From: Eukaryota sp. GEM-RC1
Lineage: Eukaryota
Assembly (NCBI GenBank): GCA_040285855.1
Contig: JAUFOQ010000002.1
Coordinates: 3,162,001 to 3,226,000 of the forward strand
Direction of reading: 5' to 3'
DNA: 64,000 bases
Shown: piece by piece, positions 23,950 through 37,964 of the stretch
Position numbering within the stretch: position 1 is the first letter of the stretch
Layout: each line of letters starts with the position of its first letter
Made by a program: the position numbers and the translations under genes
Notes under the pieces: generated by a model
Told to the model about the DNA's origin: nothing
Database searches by the model: none
What the model saw: only the letters and a program-made list of their open reading frames with translations

Positions 23950-24435
23950 AAAATGAATATACAACCTTATACAACCGTAACCTGCAATTAGAGAAGCACT
24001 TGCAGCCATCATTGCTACTCTGATGCATCTGCCAAAAAAACGCAACCTGCTGATTCTTTCGTTATCAAAAAGAAACAAGTCGATTTGGTTGAGTCTATGG
24101 AAAGAAAAGAAAAGAGAACTGATTGAGAATGGGAATTGGGAAAAGTGGTAAACACAAGAACCCAGGTAAGAAACAACATCTAGAACTAGCATCAAGATAC
24201 ATTCAGAAACTGAATGAACAGCGTGATGAAGAGGGGTTAACGTTTCCAAGAAAGACAATGATCTTATGTGGCCTTGCATTGAACACTACATGGATATGGG
24301 AAGAGTCACAGTTTAAGCCAGAACTCTAACTTATTATTGACAAATACAGGGAAAACTTTCTAGGATTTAAACCAAATACTTGGCCTGTCAGTGATGATGA
24401 AGAACAAAATGACGATGATGATAGTAACGAGTAGA
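23950..24435 (+). pseudogene. Degenerate coding relic, possibly the C-terminus of a DDE transposase-like protein
   Basis: GKHKNPGK..LELA...RK.MILCGLAL...W...Q..PEL pattern across frameshifts and stops; family assignment is from recollection only. Confidence 0.35.
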
Positions 24436-25238
24436 TTGTTTTATAGCTCCGTAAACTGATTTTTGATGAACTACACTAATTTATAATATCTGAATGTACT
24501 GAGGACCACTGTAGCATTTGTGAGAATTTCTCTCAAAAAATTGAATATAAAAGAAAAGGATATATCAGAGACAACATCGGGATGATGTCAATACAGCAGT
24601 GATCTTACTAGTGGCAGAAAAAGGTCAGATATAGTGTAATTGAAAAATGTTGTCAAGATTCAAGTTACTGGTACATCACCTTCAAACAAAAGATCTTAAC
24701 GAATATTGGAAATCCTATTCAATATTTACATTAGTATTAAATCACAATGAAAAATAGAAATAGAAGATAAAAAGTGTCGATGACCGTAAGAAATGAGTCG
24801 AAATGAAATAAATTTCCTCTTTGGTGACAAACGGACCTTCATTTGACAGCATAATCAATGAAAACGTAACAAGAACTCTGCCCATGTCAAATTGAGAAAT
24901 ACGGAAGTTCATAGATGAGTAGATGTGAATGAGAGCAAACAATCTAGAAGCAGAGTTGTTTCGAGAAGAAGAAACAACCAATCTAACAAAGACTTTATCG
25001 TTACTAAGGATTCGTTAACCTCTTCCGCAAAATTTTGGGCCGAATAATAGTGGTGGCGAAAAATGATGGGGAAATAGTTTTAACTGCCTGGTTGAAAAAT
25101 CACCGATTTTTCAGCCCAAATTTTGCGGAAGAGGTTAGTATGGATGTCCAGAATCCTAGTAAGAAGTCAAGAGATTTCAACAGAATATCGTTGACAATTT
25201 CAGATCCTAAACAATATTTTTTGACTTTAAATTTCCAC

Positions 25239-28200
25239 ATGGGTGTTCCTAAATTCTTTCGCTGGATCTCAGAACGCTATCCTCTGATAGTCACACCTGT
25301 TGCCATTGATGATGGACTGGAATTTGATAACCTATATCTTGATTTCAATGGTGTCATTCATTCCTGTGTCCGTACAAACGACGGAGGCTTCTACTCTGAA
25401 CGTCAAATGATACTGAACATCTACGCGTACATTGACTTGCTTTTCGAAGCAACTCGTCCAAGAAAGTTGCTCTATGTTGCTGTTGACGGTGTCGCTCCTC
25501 GCGCTAAGATGAATCAACAACGCTCTCGCCGTTTCCGCTCTGCCAAAGACGCACAAATCGCTTTGGAAACCCGTATCAAAGCTGGAGACGAAATCCCAGA
25601 CACCGTCTTCGATTCCAATGCAATTACCCCGGGGACAGAGTTCATGGATAATCTAACAGAACATCTCAAATACTACTTCATCCACAAACTTAACACCGAC
25701 TCCCGCTGGAAGTCTTTAGAGATTGTTCTCTCTGGATGTGAAGTTCCAGGGGAGGGAGAACACAAAGTCATGGACTACATCCGCCGCCTCAAAGCTCAAC
25801 CTGACTACACCTCCTCTACTCGCCATTGTCTCTACGGTCTTGATGCTGATCTCATCTTTCTTACCCTCATTACTCACGAACCTAACTTCTCCCTTCTACG
25901 AGAAGAAGTTGTCTTTGGCCCCAAACCAGCCTCTCATGATTCCTTTAACCCCCGGCTTCAGTTCTTGCACATTTCCCTCGTTAGAGACTATCTTACGGCT
26001 GATTTTGAGTACATCAAGCCATTGCTTTCTTTTGAATTCTCTACTGATCGACTTGTTGATGACTTTAGTTTGATTTGTTTAATGGTTGGTAATGATTTCG
26101 TCCCTGCGCTACCCACACTAGATATCGCTGAGAGTTCATTAGATTTAGCCTTGAAAGTCTATGGTGAAATATTGCCTACTTTAGATGGATATCTTCATTT
26201 TGCCGGCAAAGTTAATTGGAAAAGATTTGGAGTATTTCTGCGTGCGCTTTCTGGACATGAACGATCGGAACTCATGAAGAAAATTGATATGGAGCGAAAG
26301 TTTAGAAGTTCAAATAAGAAGATCAAAATGACTGATTTTGATTTGGAAGTTGATAGTTTGATTGGAAAACTTAGCAGAGGGGATCATATCACTATTAATG
26401 ATCCAATGTCAGAAGAGGAAGTTGTCCCTGATGAATTCGAGGAAGTTTCCGATGACCAGGACGTTGTTGACCCTGTTGTCGTTACTAAGCCAAACACTCT
26501 CATGTACTTTAGCTCAAGTGATGACGACGAGAATGAATCTGAATCGAGTGAAACAGAAGAGGAAGGTGATCAGCAGAAAACAGATCAATCACAGAGCTGG
26601 ATCGAGGTCGGAGCCAAACCTTCCTACAAGGGTTTTGGTACCAAGAACTTCATGGTTTCCTTAAAGAAAGAGGATGATTCATATAAGTTCTCTTATTACA
26701 TTGACAAGTTTGCAATTTCTTCAGTTGAAGAGTTTGGTCCTTTTCAAGTCATATTGTTGAAAGCTATTTTTCTGCTGTAATCTGGGTTCTGGGCTATTAC
26801 TATACTGGTGTAATTGATTGGTCTTGGTACTATCCCTATCATTATGCTCCTCTGTTGAGTGATTTGTCTGATTATTTAGAACGAAACGATTACCATGTCA
26901 AAAATTTAAAATTTTCCCTTGGTGAACCCTTTTTGCCTCTAGAGCAGTTAGTCGCCGTTCTCCCACGTGCTTCTAAAGCTCTCCTTCCTAAAGTTTATGC
27001 TGATTTGATTGACAAGAATGGACCATTATTTAAGTATTATCCAGATGATTTTGAAATTGATATGAATGGAAAGAAAAACGATTGGGAAGGAGTCGCGCTG
27101 ATCCCTTTGTTCCTCAGCAAGTGTTTGAAAGCGCTTTTGACAAAGTCAACCTAAGTCAATTGACTGATCAGGAAAAAGCTCGTAATTCACGTGGAACTGC
27201 ATATATCTTTACTTGTGAAGAACGTGTTACTGATTCCCTATTTTCTTCCAACTCAACACAAACTCCTCCAGAAGGTAGTGATGATTGGCTGGTCCCCTTC
27301 CAAAACAGGAAGGCGTTCATGTACCCTTTCAATCATTTTGATTATCCTCATCACGTGTCATCTGATGGGGTCGTGATTGACCGTAATGATATTCTTTCCG
27401 GATTTAGATTTAATCCAATCATTCATCCAAAGGCTAATCTGCATAGTCTGTTCCCGACCCTGTATGGCTCAAATATCAATTTTGAGTCAAAGCTTGCTGA
27501 TAAACCCACAGTTCAAGTCTTTAAAATGCCGTCCAGAAAGACTTCAGTTTTGATCAAGGTCTTTGGCAATTCCTCCAATGCTGAATTCTTAGACAATGTT
27601 AGTTCGATCCAGGCCACGGCTCTTTCTAAGTATTTAGGTAAAATAGTTTACATTGGTTGGCCTCATGTTCGACCAGCTTTAGTAGAACGAATAATGGACA
27701 AAAATTCCACTATTTCACTCGACTCTGCTGGAAACTGCCTTGTTAATCCCTCTAATCCTGCAGAGTTTGATAGCTCTTGGCGTTCAATCGAGGCAGTTCT
27801 CCTAAAAAGATGGGGTCTGGCCTTGGATAATGACGTTGCCAAGGTGTTAGTCTTCACTCGTAGAGCCAAAAGAGCTCAAAAGGATGACGTTGGTGCTTAT
27901 GTTTTTGACCGGCGTAGTGTTCCTTCTCCATGGGTCTTTCTACTAACAGAGCTCTCAAGTCACTATAACTACGTGGAGGAAACCAGTTTTCTGAAGCCAC
28001 TATTGACAGATTCATCAAAGAGAAAACTCAACGAAGTCGACATTGACGAGTTTGGTATTTGTTTACGTAAAAACACACACTTCTTTGGAAATCTCGTCTC
28101 TCTAAAGTCTCTAACCACCGACAACTCCAAATTATTAGTTAATGTCACGGTTCATTTACCTCCACCAGTACCAAAGTCTAAATCAGGTTTTATTAATGGA

Positions 28201-29392
28201 TATCTTCCCAAATATTCTAATTTATTCCAAGCTGCTAGAAAACAACTTCCTCTTTTCTTTGTTCCATGGGGTAAAGCTTGCCATATGCTCAAAATGAGTT
28301 ATAATGCTCTTAACAGAGTTTGTGGTCGTTTGTCTACCGATGCAGGAGTCAAAGTAGGTCTGCACATCAAGAATCACTTCACATGCTCAAGAGCTCCTCA
28401 TTATTGTGATTTTGTATTCACCGACAAGGGAATTGATTGGAAGTTGTCCAATTTGGCAATTGATTTATTAAAAGAATACCAAAGAGTATTCCCCGAGCTA
28501 TTCCGGTTCCTCCAACGAAACCCTAAAGCCAATGATGTCCCAACCAAGCAATTATTCCCCCCAAAAGAGACTAAAGCTAACAGAATCAAAGAGATCATGC
28601 CTTTTCTTGGAAGCAAGAGTTTATCCTTTAAGTGGCCAGAAGATTCCCCAGTATTGTGAGGCTTTGAGTAATGAGTTTGTTAATATCGTTGAGTCTATTC
28701 AAGTGAATTCTTTTACAGTACAGTACAGAGCCCCTCCTGCTGTCGCCAAACCCTTCCAAACTGAAGGAGGGCAGACTGTTTGTTCGTCTTACCTCCAAAA
28801 GAACTTACAAAACCTCACCTTGAATTCTCAAGAAATCTTCTTCCCTGATTGTGATAACGTCACTCTTAAACATCGTCATCCTCGGCTTGGAGATCAGGTG
28901 GTTTCTATTGACAGCGGAGGTGTTGTTCCATTTGGAACTTCAGGAGTTATCATTGCTATTAAACACTTAGACCAAGAACATGAAAACTTGGACTATTTTG
29001 ACCAGTTAATGTCAAGTTTTGATGAAGAAGGAGAAGAAGAAGAAGTTGAAAGCCACTTCTTAGATGAGTGTGACTCAGTTGAAGTTGAAGTAATGTTTGA
29101 AGAGGTTTTACTAGGAGCTTCTACTTTAAACAACAAGATCTCTAGTAACAAAGGTTTGCGAGTTAATGTCAGGAGTCTATTGAATATGTCATCACCTCCA
29201 GATTTGGTCACACTGACTGCTGGGGAACAACCAACTTTGTACAGGGAAGCAGAAGTGTCTGAGAGGAGGGTTCCCGTTGATTTAACTTCTAGTTTGTTTG
29301 AAGCTTTGAATATCAGTCAGGATAAACCTGTTGAAGATCCTTTCCCCCCAACTTTTGCTGTTAAGAAAAGATCTAACAAAAAGAAACAATAA
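25239..29392 (+). CDS. XRN1: 5'-3' exoribonuclease 1 (3 apparent frameshifts)
   Basis: MGVPKFFRW, DNLYLDFNG, DGVAPRAKMNQQRSRRF, PGEGEHK, YGLDADL, WYYPYHYAP, and a C-terminal SH3-like LGDQVV..VPFGTSGVI typical of XRN1. Confidence 0.95.
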
Positions 29393-29893
29393 TTGTAGAG
29401 TGTGAATTGTGTCATGTGTATAAATCTATTTGAACAGTTTTTAATTTGAGAGAAAAACGGGGTTTATGATCAATCAGTGAAATAAATGCATTTGCAGAAA
29501 TTAATAACTAACACTAATCCTTCTGTCCATCACCAAACATTTGAGAGTAGTTCTTTTCGTTTTACATGTAATTGAAAGATTTATCAGGGCCTGGTAAAAA
29601 ATATTTGTATTTAAATATTTGAAATAAATATGATTGAAATATGTATTTTCACCAGTAGACCAGTTCCAGTATTTATTTTTCCGACTGGAAATTTGCAAGA
29701 CTTAAGAGATATTTGCATTATGGGCACCAAATGAAGTGTAGAAGCTTGATCTCAGATTGAGTATCTGGGAAGATTCTTTTGATGTGGAAATGGAAATTTG
29801 TACAAATTTGTAGATATTCTCTTTGTTCATTTACATCTTCACTGTCAAAACCTCATATCATTATTTCTTGGACATAACAGAAACTATTTGTTG

Positions 29894-32170
29894 ATGTCTA
29901 TCATACAATCTCTCAACCAGCTCTTTCCAGATCTTCCTTCTCTATCAAAACTATCTTCATCCATCCACAATCAAGAAGTCAGTATCGCTCAATCTGAACA
30001 GAAGCTTCGTCAGCAAGTCCGTGATGACCTTTCTGATTTTGACACCAACTTAGAACATATCTCTATTGCCAAACGCTCCTTCACTTCTCTACAGACCCAT
30101 CTCTCTTCCCTCCAAGGTCGTCTTTCATCTGAAGAACTCACCAACAACAGTGTTTTCACTAATGTTGCCACACTTGACCTCGCCAAGAAGAATCTTTCTT
30201 CCACCATCGTCCTCATCCGTCGTATCTCTCTCCTACTCAGATCACTTGAATACCTTGACTCACGTGATCAGGACTGTTCTTTAGCTGATGTCAAGGGCCA
30301 CATCTCCTCTGCCATTGAACTCTCAAAGTGCCTTAAACCTTATTCTTCTCTTAAAATCCCTGTTCATTCTACTCTTCACACTGTTCTCGAACGAGTTTCT
30401 ACTCACACAGAGCAGATCCTAGCTCGCTGTTTCTCTTCTATCGAATCTCTGCCAATTAAAAACCCTCCACAAGAAGACCTGGACAGCTTTAGCAACGCCA
30501 TTGACTGTGTAGAAGATCTTGGTAGTAAGTCAGTTAAATCCAGTTTCATTTCTCTCTTTTTAAAGAAACTTCTTCTCGAAGAAGCTCCAATCAATTCTTC
30601 TTTTACTAATTCTCTCTTATCAGGATCTCTTGATCAACGATCAACTCAGTTGTTCTCTTTGTTCTCTCTTTATTACTCTTTCTTCCATCATTGTTTTCCT
30701 CCTTGTTGGAATGTTCCGTTGTTATTGGGGAATCAGTTCGCTGGTGAAACTCGAACTGCATTATTTAGGGCACTAGATACTTTGATTGATGGAAATAATG
30801 ACCCTAGCAGCTCAAAAATCACGTCATTGTCACGTGACTTTGATGGATCTGTGTTGCTGGCACTTTTCAGAAGAACAAAGAAATTAGAAAACGACACCTT
30901 TAAGTGTGTTAAGAAGGAATTATCTCTAGACTTAGATGGTGATGATGAAGATGAAAACGACATTGAAGGAATTCTACACAAGGTAACTGTAAAGTCGAAT
31001 ATGTCTGTCAAGGATTCATCAGAAATTAATAATATCAAAAAGAAGTACAAACAATTACTTAAGAATCGCAATCATGATCCCAATGAGATTCCAAAAGAGA
31101 TCAATCCATTTGTGACATCCATGACGTCAGCATTTGATGTTCATATGAATGTCTATGTGTCAGACGAACAAACAAAGCTACGATCCGTTATATTTACAAT
31201 ATTTGATTCTCTGGACGAAAACGACCAACCTTCAATGAAAGATAATGAATTCATTTTCAATTCTGCTTTTGTTTTGTTTAAACAGATCAAAGCTATCATA
31301 CATCGAACTACTAAACTATCTGAAGGACAATTATTGTTTAACGTCTATTTAATGCTTAAAAAGGAGTTAATTACGTATTCAGAAGCTTTAAGAAATTGTT
31401 TGACTTCTGGAGAAAAGATCAAAAAGGATTCCCTTGAAGAGCTCAATATAATCAAGGTGATTTCAACTTCCAATTTCTGTATTGTCACAATCATGTCACT
31501 GTGCGAGTCAATTAAAGATATCATTTTGCCTGCGTTTTCTACAGAAGTCCATTTTGATGACGTCGCCTCTTCATTCAATCAAACAATCAATCAAGCAGGA
31601 GTTTGTTTCTCGTCTTCAGTTATGGCTTATCTTAATTCTTCCATTTTGCTTTTCTCTCGTCAAAATTGGGGCAATTGGTCTCAGGTTGGAGATGCTTCAT
31701 CTTGGATTAAGTCTGTGGAAGAAACATTATTTGATAGAATTTTAATACTTCAAAAGATTTCTGAATGTCCAGATGTTATTATTGAAATTTTAGAAAATAT
31801 TGTTGTGCGATTGGCAGAGCAGATCAGCAATTGTATTTTCAAAAAAATTGGACATTTTTCAAATTTTGGCGCTCAACAAATGTTAGTTGATTTAGTCTGT
31901 CTTAAAAGCATACTTGGAGATTTACCTTCCCAATTCAGTATCGTTACTTTTGTTGGTTATTCGCGAAGTCTTCGGAATAACTTGGAACGACTAGAAATGT
32001 TTATTAAAGTGTTGTTATCACCACCAAAGATGCTTGTCAGGAATTATATTTCGTTGATTGGGATTAGTAGCTCAAATGAATTCTGTAAGTTTTTGGAATT
32101 GAAAGGAATTAAGGGAATTCAAAGTCAACCGTTAATGCAAGAGTATTTGGAAGCCATTTCTAAAACATGA
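29894..32170 (+). CDS. VPS53: GARP complex subunit Vps53
   Basis: N-terminal coiled coil, LDLAKKNLSSTI, FPPCWNV, W...VGDASSW, GAQQMLVDL motifs. Confidence 0.85.
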   Translation: MSIIQSLNQLFPDLPSLSKLSSSIHNQEVSIAQSEQKLRQQVRDDLSDFDTNLEHISIAKRSFTSLQTHLSSLQGRLSSEELTNNSVFTNVATLDLAKKNLSSTIVLIRRISLLLRSLEYLDSRDQDCSLADVKGHISSAIELSKCLKPYSSLKIPVHSTLHTVLERVSTHTEQILARCFSSIESLPIKNPPQEDLDSFSNAIDCVEDLGSKSVKSSFISLFLKKLLLEEAPINSSFTNSLLSGSLDQRSTQLFSLFSLYYSFFHHCFPPCWNVPLLLGNQFAGETRTALFRALDTLIDGNNDPSSSKITSLSRDFDGSVLLALFRRTKKLENDTFKCVKKELSLDLDGDDEDENDIEGILHKVTVKSNMSVKDSSEINNIKKKYKQLLKNRNHDPNEIPKEINPFVTSMTSAFDVHMNVYVSDEQTKLRSVIFTIFDSLDENDQPSMKDNEFIFNSAFVLFKQIKAIIHRTTKLSEGQLLFNVYLMLKKELITYSEALRNCLTSGEKIKKDSLEELNIIKVISTSNFCIVTIMSLCESIKDIILPAFSTEVHFDDVASSFNQTINQAGVCFSSSVMAYLNSSILLFSRQNWGNWSQVGDASSWIKSVEETLFDRILILQKISECPDVIIEILENIVVRLAEQISNCIFKKIGHFSNFGAQQMLVDLVCLKSILGDLPSQFSIVTFVGYSRSLRNNLERLEMFIKVLLSPPKMLVRNYISLIGISSSNEFCKFLELKGIKGIQSQPLMQEYLEAISKT

Positions 32171-32873
32171 GAATTTTAAATATTGGAGTATTGTGTTAAG
32201 AAATTTCTTTTTCGAACAGTGATTTTGTGTATATTTTACTTGTAATATGGGGTTTTGTATATTTTGTAGGTCAATCGAAGTTGATTGATTCGACATTTGT
32301 TGACCTGTTAGGAGTCTTGTTGGTTTTGATCTTTTGAAAGTCAATGTTTCGAAGAATAATTGTGTTTTCACCTTGTGCTTTGTTACTTTTGGAAGACGAC
32401 ATATGTGTTAAAAAGCATCGTATTTCTCTTAAGAAAAAAGAGATAAGGTGGTGTCCCTTTTATGCGAGTTTTATTTACAATTACAAATAAATAATACCGT
32501 CAGTATTACCAATGTCACGTACCTCCTAGTACATATACCTCTACATCATCTCTTCACACTCAAAAACTTCAGTGTGGAGAATACATATTCATGTTGGAAT
32601 GGAAAACTATCGTGGTCCCTAATATTATTTGTTTCAATTGTATTCTAGTTTGGTTGATGTCGACACAAGAGTGGACACTTCTGTTTGTTCCGAAAAAGTT
32701 TTTGATCACTAGATCTACAATCTTGATCTTTAGAAAGGATCTGTGAGAGACTGTAAGAAACAAACTTTCGTGACTTAAGTATATCAAAGTTCAGTTAAAT
32801 GACAACACATTAACGACGATTCAAATGCAATTACTGATAGCAAATCTGATAGCAGAATGTGAAATCTACAAAC

Positions 32874-33969
32874 ATGTCATCTACCACATCTACTACTGAC
32901 AACTTTCGCACAAACGGCTTTCTCACCACACCTCAAACTATTTCTCCCATAAGAAAACTCACCCCTACTTCATTCGTTCATCACAGTCCTGTAGAAGAAG
33001 ACGTCCATCATGAAATTTCTGATTCTGATATTGGTCGGGATAAACCCAATATCCCTTGGGATAGTGTGGCTGGACTGATACCGACAAAAGAAGAACTCAC
33101 AGAGTCAGTCATTATCCCTTTCAAATTTCCCCATTTGTTTAGAGGGAAGGGAACTCCATGGAAGGGAATTCTTCTTCATGGACCTCCTGGTACTGGTAAA
33201 TCCTATATTGCGAAGACTCTTTCAACTGAAACTGACTCAACTCTTTTCTCTGTTTCTTGTGGTATTCTGGCTGGCAAATCTCCTGAACAGTCTGAAAGAA
33301 CTGTGAGACGATTGTTCACTTTAGCCCGTGAAAGGAAACCATCCATTATATTTATTGATGAAATTGATGGATTGTGTTCTGGCATTCAATCAGATTCTTT
33401 AAGGCGACTAAAAATGGAACTGTTAGTTCAAATGCAAGGAATTGGTGATGTTTCCGATGGTATAGTAGTTCTTGGAGCTACCAGTTGTCCATGGAAAATA
33501 GATTCATCAGTAAGAAGATGGTTCGAAAAGAGAATCTATATTCCTTTACCTGAAGCTGAAGCGAGAACGGAAATGTTGAAGAATCAAATGGAAAGCACCA
33601 TTCATACCCTTGTTGATCGAGACTTTATCGACTTAGGAGAGCAAACTGAAGGATATTCTGCTAGTGATATCTACGTTCTTGTGCGTAGTGCCTTGATCCA
33701 GCCAGTGAGATCGCTACTTTCTGCAACTCATTTTAAAAAAAGTCGAAGTTCCATATGATTCTGAAGAATGTTATGTATGGACATCTTGTACGCCCTCTGA
33801 CTATGATGCTGTTGAAAAATCGATATCGGACATTAAACCAACTCAATTAGAAGTACCTCCACTAAGGCGGAAAGATTTTGAGATGGCGATGCTTAGGATG
33901 AAGCCATCTGTTTCTGAAGAAGACCTGCAAAGGCACGAAGATTGGAATCGAGAGTTTGGTGGTGTTTAA
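32874..33969 (+). CDS. VPS4: Vps4-like AAA ATPase, divergent (frameshift at A run ~33740)
   Basis: [51 protein letters not shown], Vps4_C-like KPSVSEEDL...W..EFG. Confidence 0.85.
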
Positions 33970-34091
33970 TCTATTACAGATTTAAAACTTTGTACAGTAT
34001 TGGTGATCTACCAAATTTGCACTAAAAATACAATTAATTGAATATGAAACATGGATTCTAGATTGGTCACACGACCCAGAATCGTTGAAAC

Positions 34092-34469
34092 CAGTCTTTG
34101 TGCCATTGTTTGCCATACACGTATGGACTCCAACACATACGCGTATGGCATTTTCTGTTTTTGCCATACGCATTTTGACTACATGTATCTTTATTTGAAC
34201 TTCTTCGACAAAGAGACTCTATGACCTGTTTATAATCATGTAGATAAATATACTTTATTCAACACTAAACCTCCACGTCATCCATCTCATTGGAAAAATT
34301 ATCACCAACAGATACCTTCTTTGCTTCCCTTTGCTAGATGTCTTTGATCTGAGTTCCATTGATTTATATAGAAACCAGTTTTTGTCCAAAGAAACGGATA
34401 ATCAATTTTTGTGACATAAAACAATGATGGTTTTCCCCAGCACTGCCACAAAACGCCATAACAACACTG
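34092..34469 (-). mobile_element. Degenerate inverted copy of the 9198 MITE family
   Basis: 34100-34390 is the reverse complement of ~9540-9840; eroded TIR-like ends, no TSD. Confidence 0.8.
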
Positions 34470-35699
34470 TACTTTAATGACTCCCCCTTCTTTTATCACG
34501 TCATCTTCTCAAAATACGTAGTTAGACCTTGAGGAGAGTCTAACTGAAAGCATTACGGGTATCTTTCTACTAAAAGATATCCTTGCTCTTATATTCTACA
34601 TGTAGTTTACGAAGTTGCAACGATCTTCTCTTCATACATCTCTCAAGAAATACAATTCATGAGCACAACTCCCTGTGATCTTTAAAGGTGAAGATGCTTT
34701 CAATCATCTTCTTTTACTTACCTTCATTCAGTTCTTGCCTCACGTCATCACTAGTCTTTAGCTTTTTCCCAATGGTACTAATCACTGCAGGTAACTCTGT
34801 TTTACTCTCGTTCTTGTTCTCCGCCCTTTCTGCATCACGTCATCATCCACGTGTCACTTTCCCTTTGAGAGCATCTCCTTGGTCAATGGTCTCTTTCAAC
34901 TTGACTTTTTTGATTACTGTTTGAGTTACTTTTCTAAGAATATTTGTGTAATTCTATTCAGTGGAGGAAGGAATTTTCACTACTCAGAATTTCACATTTT
35001 TAGAAATATTTAATTTCAGCTTGATTTCTAATTTTGTACATTGAAATTCTTCATTTCAAGTACAAATAGATCTCTGTTTGTTGGTGACAAACCAGTCTTT
35101 TACACAACCTTGTCAAAAACTGACACGTGGCAATGTCATCCCTGCAAACTGGTTTAGCATGATAATCAAACAACAACAGTGAACTTCATTTCATCTTGAA
35201 AAATATTTCTCTTTGCTGAACAGCTCCTGGATAGCAACGGATCTCTTACTACTTCGAGTGTTAACACGCGTGTGATTGTAACAACGTCTGTGTTTCTCAG
35301 TAACAAAACAAAACAATATTACTGATCAACAGAAAGTTTATTGGCAACTTTGTAACATCTTCCAGAGATCTCTCTTCCAGAAAATCTTGAGAGATCTTGT
35401 GATGTGTTACAAACTGGAGAATGTTTTGAACTTGTGACTTCAGTATACCTCTTAGTTCCTTTAGTTCTTGTCCTTGATCGATGACTGCACCTCTTAGTCC
35501 CTTTAGTTCTTAGCGACATTGGCTTCCAGTGGTTCAAGCCTTGACTTTTCCGTGATGACGTCATCATCTGAGAGAGGCTCTAGGCAGTTAGATCTCAATC
35601 AATCAAATTGAGCTCAATTCCATCACAAGATCGATTGATCGAGCAATAATGTGTGTCTGTAATAAGCTTTCTCTATCCCAGTGAGTAGTATTCCCAGAC

Positions 35700-35990
35700 T
35701 ATACAGCTTTCGATTAAACGTCGAAAGCTGGTCCATAGATCTTCTTGAAAGCTTCTGGAGGAGTGTACTTCGGAATTACTTGGAGCGTGGAAGTGTAGTT
35801 ATACATAGTCCAAGAATCAAAATCAGTAAGCTTTACCTGTGAGTTTACTATAATGACATTCTGAGGTTTAATATCGTGATGGACAATTCCTTTTGAAAGT
35901 AAGTAGGACAAGTTACTGGAATAATATGTTAAGAAAACTCAATTAAATTACTTGGAATATCCATATCTGCAGCCTTTTGATACCAATTGA
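35700..35990 (-). pseudogene. Protein kinase fragment
   Basis: GIVHHDIKPQNV, VKLTDFD, YTPPE, then stops; no N-lobe. Confidence 0.7.
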
Positions 35991-36152
35991 GTACACGTTT
36001 GTACATGGTCTTTTTGATTCCATCTTTTTCATTTTTTTGACTATGAACTCATAATTCAAATTATGAGGATCCCCAATCCTAAAGACTGAGAACCAAGTGA
36101 AACGTCAAAAATGAGGAGAAATATTGAAGAGAAAACATGTTGTTTTAAATCA

Positions 36153-36520
36153 ACATACAAGCATGACGCATTCTTCACAAACAAATGCAGTTCCTTGTTC
36201 CCATCTGTCTTCTACACATTCTACATGGTATGCCCACTTGCAGAATCCTTCACAAAAGACAATGTCCTTGACCTTTGCACTGGCCTCTTCCTCACAGATG
36301 GGACAACTAACTCCACACTCAACTCCTTCTGAGTCTGAGCTGGAATCTTCGATATGGTATTCTCTTGCAGATGGTATTCTCTTGCAGATGTAAGAGAATA
36401 CCCATCAGTAGGATGTTTGACAGATGGGTGTACTTTTACCTCTCCTATAGGGAGGTAAGAGTACATCACCCCAAGGATCACCCTGGGAGGTGAATGCAGG
36501 TATGTTCTTGAGGGTTAGGG
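36153..36520 (-). pseudogene. Orphan PHD-finger exon, paralog of the ZnF-PHD-SET gene
   Basis: CPIC...IVFCEGFCKWAYHVEC...FVCEEC; DNA near-identical to 57652-57870 and followed by the same GTATGT donor. Confidence 0.8.
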
Positions 36521-37964
36521 CAAAACTTCTTGGTAGATCAACTTTCCTTTGGATGTCAGACTTTGCAACAAACAAAAATTAAAATAATCATTATAAATCT
36601 ATCTCGTCTATATTTAGTGTTTCAACATCTTGTTAATCCATAAGCGATTAAGAAAAAGCAAATATTTCAATTGATTAAATATCTAATACTTGTTCACATC
36701 CCTAACTGAAATTCTTAATATTACCGATCGTTTTTGCAACGAAGATATGATGATTCAAACCTCATCTTTTATAACTTTTTAAGAATCTTCAAGGAAGATT
36801 TCTCCGACGTCTGAGTTAGTTTCACTTCGGAAAATACATTTGCAACATTGTGCATACTTTCCCAGTCAAGTAGAGTTACTAGTAGTTGTAGTTTCATCAA
36901 CAAACAGTTACCTTTTCATTACAGAACAAGCCATTGTATGTACCAAAAGTTACTAAAAGTGCGTTTTCTGGGACTCTCAGTTTTCATTACGTACTTAATC
37001 GTATTGACACAAAATAAATAGATAATGTCAAAGTCAAATTTCACCTTCTGAAAACATACTACCTTCAAGCAATTATAGCAATATTATTGTATTGATAATT
37101 TGTAAAAGTGAAACACTTTTTCATAATGATATACAACATTATACCATATTGTAGTAGTTTAATAAAGAAATCCCCACCACGTGTGTTTTCTCAATCAAGG
37201 CTTGTAATTTGCTATTAATAATGAGAAAGAACTCCCTAATCATCTCCAAAGCTTTACTGGTACTGAGTTCCATTTATGAGCGTAAATCTGTAATACACAT
37301 CTGACATTGATGGGTGTTGTTTTAATAATATCAAAATTTAATATTTGTAACATAATTCATTTTCATTTTCAAATTGAAAAGGTCTTAAAAAAGGTGGAAG
37401 ACAAAAACTTCATATTTTGAGAAATTTATGTTCTATCATTTGAAAGGCTCTGCTGACAGACCAATCCACGTCATCAAACAATCCACCTCAACAGTGATGG
37501 AACGACATGAAAGAATGAACAATTAAAAGAACTCCAATTTATTTAGAATATTTAGAAAGTTAAATTAACTTACATACTAAAACCGGCTTTAAAGACAAAG
37601 ACACAGTATCAAGACTCAACTAAACCTCCCAGTATTGACCAAATAGAAGTTTTTTTAAAAAGGAATGTGAACGTCACTCAACTCAAATAGGCCCGATATT
37701 TACCCGTATTTAGTTTAAAATAGTGAGACTATTGTTGCACACCTTTGACTCGAGATTGTGAGTTAGAGAATGACAGTCTTTTTCGAAACGAAAACAATGA
37801 CTGTAAAGTAACATAGATTTCCAGTAGCAATGAACAAAACAATTCGAAAGACATGTTGGAATTTCAAGCATACCTATTTGCATTCAAATATAGAGTTCTT
37901 AAAAATGAAGCAGCTGGCCGTACTGTCATTATTTCAACAAACTTCAGCAATCAAAACATTAAAA

